Part shown: positions 1 through 10,100 of the stretch, one piece after another | Layout of the letters: every line of letters starts with the position of its first letter | Position numbering within the stretch: position 1 is the first letter of the stretch | Source of the DNA: a virus | Reading direction: 5' to 3' (one strand) | IMG/VR virus record: IMGVR_UViG_3300035670_000169 | Coordinates: 5,304 to 69,303 of that record | DNA length: 64,000 nucleotides | Notes under the pieces: model-generated | The model's input: only the letters and a program-made list of their open reading frames with translations | Told to the model about the DNA's origin: nothing | Databases searched by the model: none | Translations under genes and position numbers: made by a program

Positions 1-648
1 CTGAAGTTCGGTTCGCTGTACGATATGCTCATCTTCGATCGCGACAAGGCGATTGAGACGTACACAATTTTAGATCATGATTTAATCATGGGACGGTGTT
101 CAGTAGCAACCCAGTCTACGAAGTCACCCAAGGCCACCAAGGAATACAAGGAGGTCAAGGAAGCACTTGAGTTTGAACTTGCGGAGAGTGGGAAGATCAT
201 CTGCACAAAGGAGGAATACGATATTGCCAACGACATGGTCAATCGACTTGTTGAGTGCGGTTTGATGGACAGCTACCTCAAGGGCAAGTATCAGGTTCCC
301 GTATACTTCACCCTCGATGGCGCAGAGATCAAGGGCGCATTGGACTGCCTAGGAGACGGGTTTATTTCCGACAGCAAGTCTAGCAAGTCCGTAGATGGCT
401 TTAGGTACGATGTCAACAAGTTCTGCTACGACCTGCAAGCCTACCTGTACACACAGGCCACAGGGATAAAAGAGTTCTACTGGGTTGTGCAGGAGAAGAC
501 ATTCCCCTACCTCCCTGCCCTAGTCAAATGCTCTGAAGAGACGCTCTTCAAGGGGGAGATGAAGTACCACACAGCACTGGCGAGGATCAAGCAATTTCTT
601 GATTCAGGCAAGAGCTTTACAAAAGACTATGTCGAATACACAGTATGA
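1..648 (+). CDS. PD-(D/E)XK exonuclease (DUF3799/RecE-ExoVIII-like), 5'-truncated by the window edge
   Basis: The frame is open from base 1 (LKFGSLYDM...). Motifs KGALDCL..ISDSKS and YDLQAYLY are typical of phage ExoVIII-like nucleases. Confidence 0.8.
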   Translation: MKFGSLYDMLIFDRDKAIETYTILDHDLIMGRCSVATQSTKSPKATKEYKEVKEALEFELAESGKIICTKEEYDIANDMVNRLVECGLMDSYLKGKYQVPVYFTLDGAEIKGALDCLGDGFISDSKSSKSVDGFRYDVNKFCYDLQAYLYTQATGIKEFYWVVQEKTFPYLPALVKCSEETLFKGEMKYHTALARIKQFLDSGKSFTKDYVEYTV

Positions 649-719
649 AGATTCACCACCTCATCCTACTTACAGGAATAATTTCAATCGCAATTCACTA
701 TCTCATCTTTAATCTTTAA
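645..719 (+). CDS. 24-aa hydrophobic mini-protein (MKIHHLILLTGIISIAIHYLIFNL)
   Basis: Translated by hand. ATGA overlap with the upstream stop; it fills the gap to the SSB gene and forms a single TM-like stretch. Confidence 0.4.
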   Translation: MKIHHLILLTGIISIAIHYLIFNL

Positions 720-722
720 GAT

Positions 723-1025
723 ATGTCTGAAACAAAGAAGTATGACAGCGTAATCATGGGTTACGCAGAAGAGCCAATGGTTGGTATGGACGGCAAAATC
801 CAATCTTGGAAGATCCGTCTGAAGGAACACGAGGTCGCAGAGATCCTCAAGAACTACGTCACTGCAAAGCAGGAGGATGGAAAGGGTGGTAACGTATTCC
901 TCACCTTGCGAATCAGCAAGGGAGGTAAGCCGTACTGCACAGTCTATGACCCCCATAGTGCAGGGGCGAAGGAGCAGAAGACTAACAAGGCAAAGGCCAA
1001 GGCAGAAGAGGATCTTCCGTTCTAA
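723..1025 (+). CDS. putative single-stranded DNA-binding protein
   Basis: Small beta-rich protein with the acidic C-terminal tail EEDLPF, located in the replication module. Confidence 0.65.
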   Translation: MSETKKYDSVIMGYAEEPMVGMDGKIQSWKIRLKEHEVAEILKNYVTAKQEDGKGGNVFLTLRISKGGKPYCTVYDPHSAGAKEQKTNKAKAKAEEDLPF

Positions 1026-1031
1026 AGGAAT

Positions 1032-1349
1032 ATGTTGAGTTCCAAGATCTTTGGACTCATCGCTGTAATAGAATGGGGGATGAGTGACCTTGAGTTACTC
1101 ACCCCCTATTCTTTTAGCGCGGTAGGCAAATACGGACGAAAGTCTTTCATGGCGCACATAACAGAGCACAAGGACTTCTATGTGGACATACCTGAACACA
1201 CGAATGATTTCCTTATTCTTTTTATAACAAACAAACACGGGGACAACTGCGTGATCATGTCTCGGAAAAACACAGACCCAGGTCCAATGCATTTCAAAGA
1301 CATCAGCACACGCATAATAAATAAGTTTAGACTTGAGTACACCAAATGA
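1032..1349 (+). CDS. hypothetical protein (start may be 1079)
   Basis: ORF in the co-oriented replication operon. Confidence 0.5.
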   Translation: MLSSKIFGLIAVIEWGMSDLELLTPYSFSAVGKYGRKSFMAHITEHKDFYVDIPEHTNDFLILFITNKHGDNCVIMSRKNTDPGPMHFKDISTRIINKFRLEYTK

Positions 1350-1578
1350 GGTTTGGTACTTCGATCTTTCGGTAGAGTACCTGAACGTAAAGTCATGGGT
1401 GAGGAAGGATGTCTACTGCATCAGTGGCTCATCCATACCACAGGACATACTAACCGATAGTCTAGCACTATCCATAATCCTAAAACAATGCTACACAAAG
1501 AAAACACAGAAGGAACAAAAGATAAGGCTAAAGAAAGTAATCAAGAAGGTTCAGCTGGGGCTTCCACCTACGAGATGA
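1333..1578 (+). CDS. hypothetical protein
   Basis: The ORF fills the operon, and its stop overlaps an ATG of the DUF3310 frame. Confidence 0.45.
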   Translation: MSTPNEVWYFDLSVEYLNVKSWVRKDVYCISGSSIPQDILTDSLALSIILKQCYTKKTQKEQKIRLKKVIKKVQLGLPPTR

Positions 1579-1790
1579 TCAACAGCCCAACACACTACAA
1601 CGACTTCTCTGTTGAGACGTGGGACATGATGCTACGCATATGGGGCAAGGAGCATTTCATTGCCTTCTGTGAGATCAACGCGTTCAAGTACAAGATGCGG
1701 GCTGGATCAAAACCAACTGATTCCATAGAGCAGGATATCAAGAAGGCAAATTGGTATTTAAATAAAGCAAACGAAATAAGGAACAAATGA
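1488..1790 (+). CDS. DUF3310 / SaV-like (T7 gp1.7-like nucleotide kinase family) protein; start may be 1575
   Basis: Signature INSPTHY...FCEINAFKYKMRAGSK...QDIKKANWYL. Confidence 0.85.
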   Translation: MLHKENTEGTKDKAKESNQEGSAGASTYEMINSPTHYNDFSVETWDMMLRIWGKEHFIAFCEINAFKYKMRAGSKPTDSIEQDIKKANWYLNKANEIRNK

Positions 1791-3565
1791 TGGTAACAAT
1801 CTTCAAGGATATCTACAACAAGAACGAACCACACCACGTTCACCTTGATTCCGTTTTGAAAAGAATTCAGAACGGGGCAAGCAAGGCTGTTGTAGACAGG
1901 GTCAGGGATGGGGATGCACAAGCGAAGCTGTTGTTGCCAGTAGTTCTGTTCAGTGGAACTTTTACATCGAGGATGGACTCTGCCCTGCAAGAACACAGCG
2001 GGTATATCGTCCTTGACTTCGATAAGCTAGATGCAGAGCAGTCGAAGGATCTGCTCTCCACTGACCAATATGTCTACTCGTGTTGGGTTTCCCCATCAGG
2101 AAACGGCATCAAGGTTCTTGTTCGCATAAGTAACCCAGAGAGACACAGGGATCACTTCAGGTCGCTGAAGAAATACTTTGACATTACCTACGGGCTAGCT
2201 GTAGACGAGTCAGGAATCAACGAGTCTCGTGCCTGTTTTGAATCCTATGACCCGCAGATCGTCATCAACGACGAGAGCAAGACGTATGGTGGTCTGAGCG
2301 GGGAAGAGCAGGAACAAGAGGCTGTTATTGAAGACAGCTACACGGACTACATGAAGCTGAACTTGGCCGCAAGGATGATTCGCCTAGCCAAGGATGGGGA
2401 GAAACACAGCACCCTGCTGAAGGCCGCAAAGCTGTGTGGTGGATACATCGGTGTAAAGCGCATGGAAGAGGAGGAGGTTATCCGCGTTTTGTTTCGAGAG
2501 ATACAGAAGAAGGATATAGACTCCGAAGCAAATGCTATGGCCACCATTAGGGAGGGCATAGAATATGGGAAGACCACGCCCATTCACGAGCTAGTCAGCG
2601 ACGAGAAGTCTATTGAAAGGGAGATCAGGATCAACGATGGAGATATGTCGTTCATCAGTAGCGACAACAACGACTTCCATCTAATCAACGAGTTTGCCGA
2701 TGGTAACATCAAGCTAGGGTTGGATACTGGCGATGACAGGATGGACGAGTTCTTCAGGTACAAGAATGAGTTCGTCATCATCAACGGCCATAGCAACGTG
2801 GGTAAGACGACCATGGCCCTGTACATGATGGTGAATGCTTCCGTCAGGCACGGATGGAGATGGATGGTATACAGCAGTGAGAACAGCACGTGGTCTCTGA
2901 AGGCTACGCTGATGGAGTTCTGCACCAACAGGAGACTACACGACATGACCTATGAGCAGAGGAAGGCTTCGTACAAGTACGTCAACGATCATTTTATTGT
3001 AGTTAAAAACAACGAGACGTATTCGTATGGGGATCTGATCATGTTCATGGAGAAGGTGATGCGCTACGACAAGGTGCATGCAGTTTTTATTGATCCATAC
3101 AACAGCCTGAAGATATCGATGAAGTCCAACAACATCGGTGTACACGACTACCACTACGAGGCGGCTTCAGAGTTCCTTACGTTCAGCAAGGCACACGATA
3201 TAGCTGTGTGGTTGAACATGCACGCCGTAACAGAAGCACAGCGTAGGAAGGGTGACGATAACCTTCCTATAGCCCCGTATGCTGAGGACACAGAAGGTGG
3301 GGGCAAGTTTGTGAACAGGGCAGACTGCTTTCTTACCATCCACAGAAAGATTCAGTCACCAGACCCACACGTCCGTAGGCGTACTGAGATCCACGTCCGC
3401 AAGGTGCGTGAGGTGAAGACAGGGGGACAGCCAACTCCACTCGACGAACCCCTGCTGTTTAACATCAACTCCACAATGACTGGGTTCCTATCTCTAGAAA
3501 CATCAAGTGGATTGTTTGAACCGATTGTGAATCAGTTTAATATCTATAGTGATTTCAACCTTTGA
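1787..3565 (+). CDS. primase-helicase fusion (BT4734/VirE-N-like primase domain + DnaB-like SF4 helicase)
   Basis: N-terminal LPVVLFSGTF..SGYIVLDFD..SPSGNGIK; Walker A GHSNVGKT; Walker B VFIDPYN. Confidence 0.88.
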   Translation: MMVTIFKDIYNKNEPHHVHLDSVLKRIQNGASKAVVDRVRDGDAQAKLLLPVVLFSGTFTSRMDSALQEHSGYIVLDFDKLDAEQSKDLLSTDQYVYSCWVSPSGNGIKVLVRISNPERHRDHFRSLKKYFDITYGLAVDESGINESRACFESYDPQIVINDESKTYGGLSGEEQEQEAVIEDSYTDYMKLNLAARMIRLAKDGEKHSTLLKAAKLCGGYIGVKRMEEEEVIRVLFREIQKKDIDSEANAMATIREGIEYGKTTPIHELVSDEKSIEREIRINDGDMSFISSDNNDFHLINEFADGNIKLGLDTGDDRMDEFFRYKNEFVIINGHSNVGKTTMALYMMVNASVRHGWRWMVYSSENSTWSLKATLMEFCTNRRLHDMTYEQRKASYKYVNDHFIVVKNNETYSYGDLIMFMEKVMRYDKVHAVFIDPYNSLKISMKSNNIGVHDYHYEAASEFLTFSKAHDIAVWLNMHAVTEAQRRKGDDNLPIAPYAEDTEGGGKFVNRADCFLTIHRKIQSPDPHVRRRTEIHVRKVREVKTGGQPTPLDEPLLFNINSTMTGFLSLETSSGLFEPIVNQFNIYSDFNL

Positions 3566-3635
3566 TGAAGCAATGGGGGGCTCGGTTTTTTTTAAAAAGA
3601 CTGGGCTTCCCCTTGACTTTCGCGTTTTCGGAGTG

Positions 3636-3643
3636 TAACTTTG
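3636..3643 (+). promoter_or_regulatory. Bacteroidota sigma70 -7 box TAACTTTG
   Basis: Matches TAnnTTTG, with TTG about 20 nt upstream and the ATG at 3648 only 4 nt downstream. Confidence 0.7.
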
Positions 3644-3647
3644 CCAA

Positions 3648-4136
3648 ATGCCAAGGCAATACGGGGCTTCGAGATCGCGGCGAACTTCCCAAACAAGTTC
3701 GCAAGCAAGATCTCGCAAAAGAGACATCGGAAGATACAAGTCCTCTCTGGAAAAGTACTGCGCCGACAGGTTGAGTGAATTAGGGATAGCTTTTTCCTAC
3801 GAGGAAATGGAGTTTGAGTTGCAAAGCGGTTTTAATTATAGTGGTACATACTATAAGATGACCCCCAAGGGAAAGGAACTGCTTAACAAATCAAACATGA
3901 ATGTGCTTCCTATAAGATACACCCCAGACTTTATCGGAAAGGATAATAACTGGATTATAGAAACAAAGGGATTCTCCCCGTCTCAGCACACCTTTCCAAT
4001 GAGGTGGAAGCTGTTTCTCAAACATCTTGTAGACAGCGGAAAGCCACTGCCAGCTCTGTTCATGCCAAAGAACAAGATGCAAGTGGACGAATGTGTTGAA
4101 ATAATTAAAAATCTTATTAAAAATGGACAAATATAA
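3648..4136 (+). CDS. T7 endonuclease I-like Holliday junction resolvase
   Basis: Motif YKSSLE...FSYE...YTPDF...IIETKG. Confidence 0.85.
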   Translation: MPRQYGASRSRRTSQTSSQARSRKRDIGRYKSSLEKYCADRLSELGIAFSYEEMEFELQSGFNYSGTYYKMTPKGKELLNKSNMNVLPIRYTPDFIGKDNNWIIETKGFSPSQHTFPMRWKLFLKHLVDSGKPLPALFMPKNKMQVDECVEIIKNLIKNGQI

Positions 4137-4353
4137 AAAGTGGTTGTCTGAGATGTACTACCTGTCTACCAGCAGGATCATTGAAGAAACAGCCTCCATG
4201 TACGAGCGAATGCATACAGACTCTGGTGATCCAGTTGAAGATGCTGATAAGTTGAAGAAGGAGATCAAGTACTATATGCTTACGATCGCCCTTGAGATTG
4301 ACCTTGCAAGAAGTTCTCTGAATGAGTTCCTTGAGGGAAAGAAAAAGAAATGA
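4123..4353 (+). CDS. hypothetical protein
   Basis: ORF overlapping both neighbours in the operon. Confidence 0.6.
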   Translation: MDKYKKWLSEMYYLSTSRIIEETASMYERMHTDSGDPVEDADKLKKEIKYYMLTIALEIDLARSSLNEFLEGKKKK

Positions 4354-4822
4354 ATTCAACAAAGGGCTTGTGGTGCAAAGGCGTTTTGTAGACGCTGCCG
4401 TAAGCCTTGGGTTCACGACTAAGGACGCTACAAAATCAGAGGACATCAACGACCACGTTGACGTTTGGTTGTGGCATACAGGCAAAGGGCCGTGGGGTGT
4501 AGATGTAAAGGGTGGAGTCAGTTCCAAACAGATCTGGGTAGAGTTTAAGAATGTTGCAGGAAACCCAGGATGGATGTTTGGGAAGGCTAAAATAATTGCA
4601 TTTGAAATCCCAGAGATATGTGGATTCGCTATCGTAGATAGAATAGAACTGCTTCTGTACTCACTTGATCAGGTGGAGGATGAGTTCGTCGTGAAACGTG
4701 ACGACAGCTACAAGAAGAAGTACACCAGAGCGGGGAGGAATGATGTGATTTCTTTCCTTAACATATACGATATCAGGTCTTTAGAAAGTTTTCGTGTGTG
4801 GCCATACAGCACGGATTTTTGA
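4322..4822 (+). CDS. PD-(D/E)XK nuclease-family protein
   Basis: Pattern EDINDHVD...VDVKG...WVEFKNVAGNPGW. Confidence 0.65.
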   Translation: MSSLRERKRNEFNKGLVVQRRFVDAAVSLGFTTKDATKSEDINDHVDVWLWHTGKGPWGVDVKGGVSSKQIWVEFKNVAGNPGWMFGKAKIIAFEIPEICGFAIVDRIELLLYSLDQVEDEFVVKRDDSYKKKYTRAGRNDVISFLNIYDIRSLESFRVWPYSTDF

Positions 4823-4857
4823 GCTATCTTAGCTGCCTTTCCTAAAATATTTTCCTT

Positions 4858-6753
4858 ATGAAAACACAAGATTTGTCCACGATTCCGTGGGGCGAAGTAG
4901 GTTACCCTGTGTTCAAAAGAACCTATGCAAGGGCGCTTGGAGACAGAACAGAGGAGTGGCCAGAGACCGTTCAGAGGGTCATCACCGCGTGTAACGAACA
5001 GCTTAATTGTGGCTTTACTCCAGACCAGCAGGAGGAGTTGAGAGAGATCATGCTGTCCTTGAAAGGCACAGTGGCGGGGAGATTCCTATGGCAACTTGGG
5101 ACACAGACAGTAGACAAGCTAGGTCTACCATCGCTTCAGAACTGTGCCTTCGTGGTGGTGGATCATCCAATTAGGCCATTTACTTGGGCATTTGAGATGC
5201 TCATGCTTGGCAGTGGTGTAGGATTCAACATCCAGAGAGAGAACGTAGAGGAACTTCCTCGTCCATGGGCAAATGTCAAGATCACAAGATTAGATCAGAA
5301 CGATGCTGACTTTATTGTCCCAGATAGCAGAGAGGGTTGGGTTGAGCTACTCAGAAGAGTCCTTGAGGCTTCATTTATTTATGGGAAAGGATTTTCGTTT
5401 GCCACACATCTGATTCGTTCCAAGGGTTCTCCCATCAAGGGATTTGGGGGAACTGCCTCTGGCCCAGAAGATCTCGTATGGGGAATGATGGAGATAAACA
5501 AAATTCTAAACTCCAAGAACGGCCAGTACCTCAAGCCAGTAGACTGTCTCGACATCATGAATATCATCGGTCGTATAGTGGTGGCTGGTAACGTTAGACG
5601 TTCGGCACAGATTGCTATCGGTGATGCAGACGATGTGGAGTACCTGAATGCCAAGCGTTGGGATCTTGGTAACGTCCCTAACTGGAGAGCTATGTCGAAC
5701 AACAGCGTTGTGTGTAGTAACATTGACAAGGTTCACGAATCGTTCTGGGACGGATACAACGGCAATGGCGAACCATATGGTATTATAAACCTGAGTGCTA
5801 CTCGCCGTATGGGGAGAACTGGTGAGACGCAGTACCCAGATCCAGACGTACAGGGATTCAACCCTTGTGCAGAACAGGGACTTGCTAACTTCGAAACTTG
5901 TTGCCTCGCAGAGATCTACCTTCCCAACATAGAATCATACGAGGAGTTGAAGAAGGTGGCAACGTACCTGTACAGGATCAACAAGCACAGCCTTGCCATC
6001 AAGTGCGCTATAAAGGAAACAGAACACATCGTCCACAAGAACATGCGGATGGGGATAGGTGTAACTGGATACCTTCAGGCTACAGAAGAACAACGTTTGT
6101 GGCTTTCTGATTGTTATAACTACCTTAGAGAATATGACAAAGAATACTCTCGCCTTGCTGGATTCCCTAGAAGTATTAAGCTCACCACGGTTAAGCCATC
6201 TGGAACACTTAGTCTTCTCGCTGGCGTTACACCAGGAGCACATCCTGCCTATAGTCAATTCTACATCAGGAGAATTAGGATGGCCTCAAATAGCCCTCTT
6301 GTTAGAGCAGCAAAAAATGCTGGTTATCCAGTAGAGTTTGTAAGGAACTTTGACGGCACAGAAGATCACAGCACAGAGGTTGTCAGCTTCCCCTGCAAGT
6401 TTCCCAAAGGGACAACCCTAGCTGCCGACATGTCTGCTATAGATCAGCTTGAGGTTATCAAGAGGTTGCAGAAGGAATGGTCAGACAACGCTGTGTCTGT
6501 GACAATCTATTACAGACTGGAGGAACTTGAAACTATCAAGCAGTGGCTGAGAGAGAATCTTGATGTAGTGAAGTCTGTTTCTTTCTTGTTGCATTCTGAC
6601 CACGGCTTTGATCAGGCCCCTTTGGAAGAGATTACCGAGGAGGAGTACAACAAGATGTCAGCGATGGTGCAACCTCTTGTGTCTATTGACGGCATAGGAT
6701 TTGATGACGTTGACATAGCTGATTGTGATACTGGAGCATGCCCAGTACGATGA
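4858..6753 (+). CDS. nrdJ: class II (adenosylcobalamin-dependent) monomeric ribonucleoside-triphosphate reductase
   Basis: Motifs LQNC, VVAGNVRRSA, NPCAEQ, TTVKPSGT, and the C-terminal redox pair CDTGACPVR. Confidence 0.93.
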   Translation: MKTQDLSTIPWGEVGYPVFKRTYARALGDRTEEWPETVQRVITACNEQLNCGFTPDQQEELREIMLSLKGTVAGRFLWQLGTQTVDKLGLPSLQNCAFVVVDHPIRPFTWAFEMLMLGSGVGFNIQRENVEELPRPWANVKITRLDQNDADFIVPDSREGWVELLRRVLEASFIYGKGFSFATHLIRSKGSPIKGFGGTASGPEDLVWGMMEINKILNSKNGQYLKPVDCLDIMNIIGRIVVAGNVRRSAQIAIGDADDVEYLNAKRWDLGNVPNWRAMSNNSVVCSNIDKVHESFWDGYNGNGEPYGIINLSATRRMGRTGETQYPDPDVQGFNPCAEQGLANFETCCLAEIYLPNIESYEELKKVATYLYRINKHSLAIKCAIKETEHIVHKNMRMGIGVTGYLQATEEQRLWLSDCYNYLREYDKEYSRLAGFPRSIKLTTVKPSGTLSLLAGVTPGAHPAYSQFYIRRIRMASNSPLVRAAKNAGYPVEFVRNFDGTEDHSTEVVSFPCKFPKGTTLAADMSAIDQLEVIKRLQKEWSDNAVSVTIYYRLEELETIKQWLRENLDVVKSVSFLLHSDHGFDQAPLEEITEEEYNKMSAMVQPLVSIDGIGFDDVDIADCDTGACPVR

Positions 6754-6812
6754 AGCATATGTCTCAATGCTGGGTTAGCCAGCTGTATCATTTCGGTACA
6801 TGCAAATAAGAC

Positions 6813-6839
6813 GAAAGGGGCGCAAGCCCCTTTCTTTTT
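6813..6839 (+). terminator. rho-independent terminator at the convergence of the replication and late transcripts
   Basis: GAAAGGGGC-GCAA-GCCCCTTTC hairpin followed by TTTTT. Confidence 0.85.
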
Positions 6840-6879
6840 GCCCACAGGTTAAATAACGGGCAGGTATATTGAGGATAGA

Positions 6880-7020
6880 TTACTTTTCGGTTCTCTTTAT
6901 CTTTCGTTCTTGCTTCAGCATCTCTGCCGTTGGTTTCTTCCCAGATCCTATGTTGGCCCTGATGTTATCCCACAGTCCCCTTCTGGAATATGTCCCGTCC
7001 TTTCTCTTTAGTAGCTTCAT
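6880..7020 (-). CDS. small basic protein (MKLLKRKDGTYSRRGLWDNIRA...)
   Basis: K/R-rich 46 aa from the ATG at 7020; TAGCTTTG -7 box at 7066-7073 upstream. Confidence 0.6.
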   Translation of the reverse strand: MKLLKRKDGTYSRRGLWDNIRANIGSGKKPTAEMLKQERKIKRTEK

Positions 7021-7105
7021 GTGTATAAATGATTGTTGGTGTGAATTGGCCAGCTTGTATATTAGCAAAGCTAACGAGAATTAGCTTGTTTGTTTGTTTG
7101 TAATG

Positions 7106-7131
7106 AGGGAGGTCCCAACGGGGGTCTCCCT
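7106..7131 (-). terminator. hairpin directly after the 1369-aa gene
   Basis: Imperfect inverted repeat agggaggtccc-aac-gggggtctccct abutting the stop codon; weak U-tract. Confidence 0.4.
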
Positions 7132-10100
7132 TATTTTCTTTTCATAGGTGACACTCTACCTATTTTCCTTTGTTTGTTGACAGTAAACTTGCCACCCTGC
7201 TCAAACGATCTGTACTCTGCGTCTTTCCTTGAGAACTTCTCTGGTATATCAAACTCATACCATGGGACGTTATTTTCATCTGTCACAACCCTGACTTCGA
7301 CACCAAGCTCCCGTTGAATCAGTTTTGGCCACTCTGAGTATGAATCCCTTACGTATTGATACCCGTTTTCTTTGAAATTAGGGGATAGATCCTCTTTACC
7401 AGCGGCTTGTATTTCATCATCTGTAAATGGCCTTCCATCATAAACCACAGCACCAAGTCTGTCTGTACCATATCTTTGAATTATAGTTGTTGCTGCTGGA
7501 GTTGGTATTCGTATTGTTGTTTGACCCCCATTAACAGCCTGTTGTATCAGATTGTATAGTTGTGTTCTTTTATACACCCTTCCTCCAGGGACGTCTTTTT
7601 GAAAAAGTTTTTGTCCAGGCGTAAATGATTCTTGGGTAACACCTTGGAGCTTTCTCTGCTGAAGCATGTCTGATTGCAATTCTGTTGCCGTCATAATCCA
7701 CGGCTCATCTTGGGACACAAACACTCTAGTATGAAACATGTTGTTGACTACACTCTGAGATCCAAAGTCAGATTCATTTAGAGAGTAGTCTTGATCTTGC
7801 CAGTGATTTGCAATCCCCTGCTTAAGACCAAGATTTTTTGCAATCCATTCATTTGGAACACTTACAAGTGAAGAAACACCAACGTTGAATTTCTTTCCAA
7901 CAAACTCTTTTTTTATTGGCTTTAGTGGTGACTTGGGTCTTGCCTTGTTGGCAGCATTTGCTATGTCAGACGACAGCATTAACGGACCTCTTATTGGACC
8001 TGGTTTTTTGTTAAATGCTTTTTTAGCCGTTTCTGTAACAAGGCTTGCTGGTTTTTTTTCACCAGCAAATCCGTTTAAAGTTTGAGCATTCATAATAAAA
8101 TCAATTGGCCCATACATGTTTAATCTCCTATAGTCTGTCATTGCCTTTGCATTGTTCTTTAATGCTATGGCAATATTCCTTTTCATCAATTCAATTTGAG
8201 CTGCCGTTCTGCTAACCCTCGCAGATGTCGCAATTCTGTAACTTGCTGCAAGGGTTACAGCTGGAGCGTAATTTCTTAAAGACGAATTCAACCATTCATC
8301 ACTTACTTTTACTCCAGATGCGTCAGCTAATGCAATTATTGAATAAATAAGCGAATTCACATTATCATCAGTCCATCCATCGCGCCTGCCATCAGGGTAA
8401 AAACTGGCAGGACTTGTTAATACGCGATCATACCAATGTTCGTTATCTCTGGTCTGGATATCATTCAATAATAGATGAAGATCGTCGTAATAGGCAGAAC
8501 TAGCCTCTATGGATTCCGCTGTTAGCCTTGTTGAGAAATTCGACGCGCCTGGGGCCGAAGGATAGATAATTTGTTGCGCTAAATCTCTAGCCATTTCATA
8601 TGAAAACTCCCTGTTGTATGTTTTTGCATAAGAAATTGCATATGTGATTGGATCAACAACAGACTCAAATATGAGCAATTCACCATTCTTGTCAGGCATA
8701 TAGAATTTGTGTACAAGTCCACTTAAGTTTTCGCTGATGAACTCAAACATTTGTTTATCTACCCCCCCATAGTCAAGTTGCTCTGGTGTTATCTGGTCTA
8801 TTTTTTCCCTAACAAATTCAAATGGAGTTACGCCGTCAATAATCTTTCTATAATTTACTTCGTCAATATCACTTGCATTATATAATTGAGCTATTGTGTC
8901 TCTATATCCTTTGGAAACAATCTCATCTGTACGCATCATTACATATTGATTTATTTCCTCTTGAGGGCGATCTAACCCATATTCAAGTTCAGCGTTATTT
9001 TTATCCCCCCATCTTATTTCATCTGGATTTATACCAACATCAGAGAGTTTTTTAACTATATTGCCAGCTCTACGGCCTATTATGCCATTTAGCGAATCGA
9101 CCTCTGACATCATGTCGATCGCGTATTGTGTAGCATAGTCAATCTTTAATTCTATACCAGACGATGTTTTAGGAAAAACTAATTTGAAATCATCACTTAA
9201 ATATCGAGCATCTTCCAAAGACTTTAATAACAAAAAACTTGAATTCAACAATTCAGTCATAACATTGATTTTTCTCTCCGCACCTATAAGCATGTTATTT
9301 AAATTGGATGCGTCAATTGCTCTTTCGTCTATCCTTGAAGGCTGACCAGCTATAAATTGCGATCTGTCAATTGTTGTGTCTAGGTATTGACTAAATTCTG
9401 GGATTATTTCAAGCGGTTTTTCTCGATTAAATGATTCAAATGGAGTATAGTATAAAGAAGTTGATATGCTATCAATGTCATTTCCGTTAAATAAAGTATC
9501 TGTTGCCTTTTGAAGCAACATGACAGACTCTCTCTTCGCCCTAGATAGTTGATCAAAATAACTTAAATCCATAGACATTATTTCATCTATACTTAGGTCC
9601 TCTATAGATGAAATTCGTCTTGTAATGTCACTAAACTCCATCCCTCTTGAAGCAAGAAAACTTTCAGCGTTCCCGTTAAAATCACTATCTATTATTTCTT
9701 TTACAAATGGAAGGTATAATGAAATACGATCGTCTTCAAATCCTGCTCTTGCGTAGATGGAAAACAAATTAGCTATATCTTCATCAGACGTTGCGTTCCA
9801 AGACCCAAGGGCAGCTTGAACAACACCGTCTACTTCAAAAGAGTTATTAGCTGATTCAGAGGGAAGAAGAAACATCCTTTGTTCAGGATCTATTTCAATC
9901 TTTTTGTCCGAAAACATATTTTCCATCAGAAATGGCGCTACTGAATTTGAAGCACTGACTTCGCTTTTTGGATCATATGTCATAGGGAAAAGTTTCCCAA
10001 AATCAAGATTTGCTTCAGCGTTTGGTGACAGCTCTAATGTTTTTAAAAACAGATAACCCAGTGAACCGTAATAATCATCATCAATGCTTATTGCATTATT

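Noticed and set aside
4858-6753. Intein or intron in nrdJ (also considered for terL and the helicase)
   Set aside because: Lengths are normal and the ORFs uninterrupted; no intein C/S...HN boundaries or homing endonuclease motifs were noticed.
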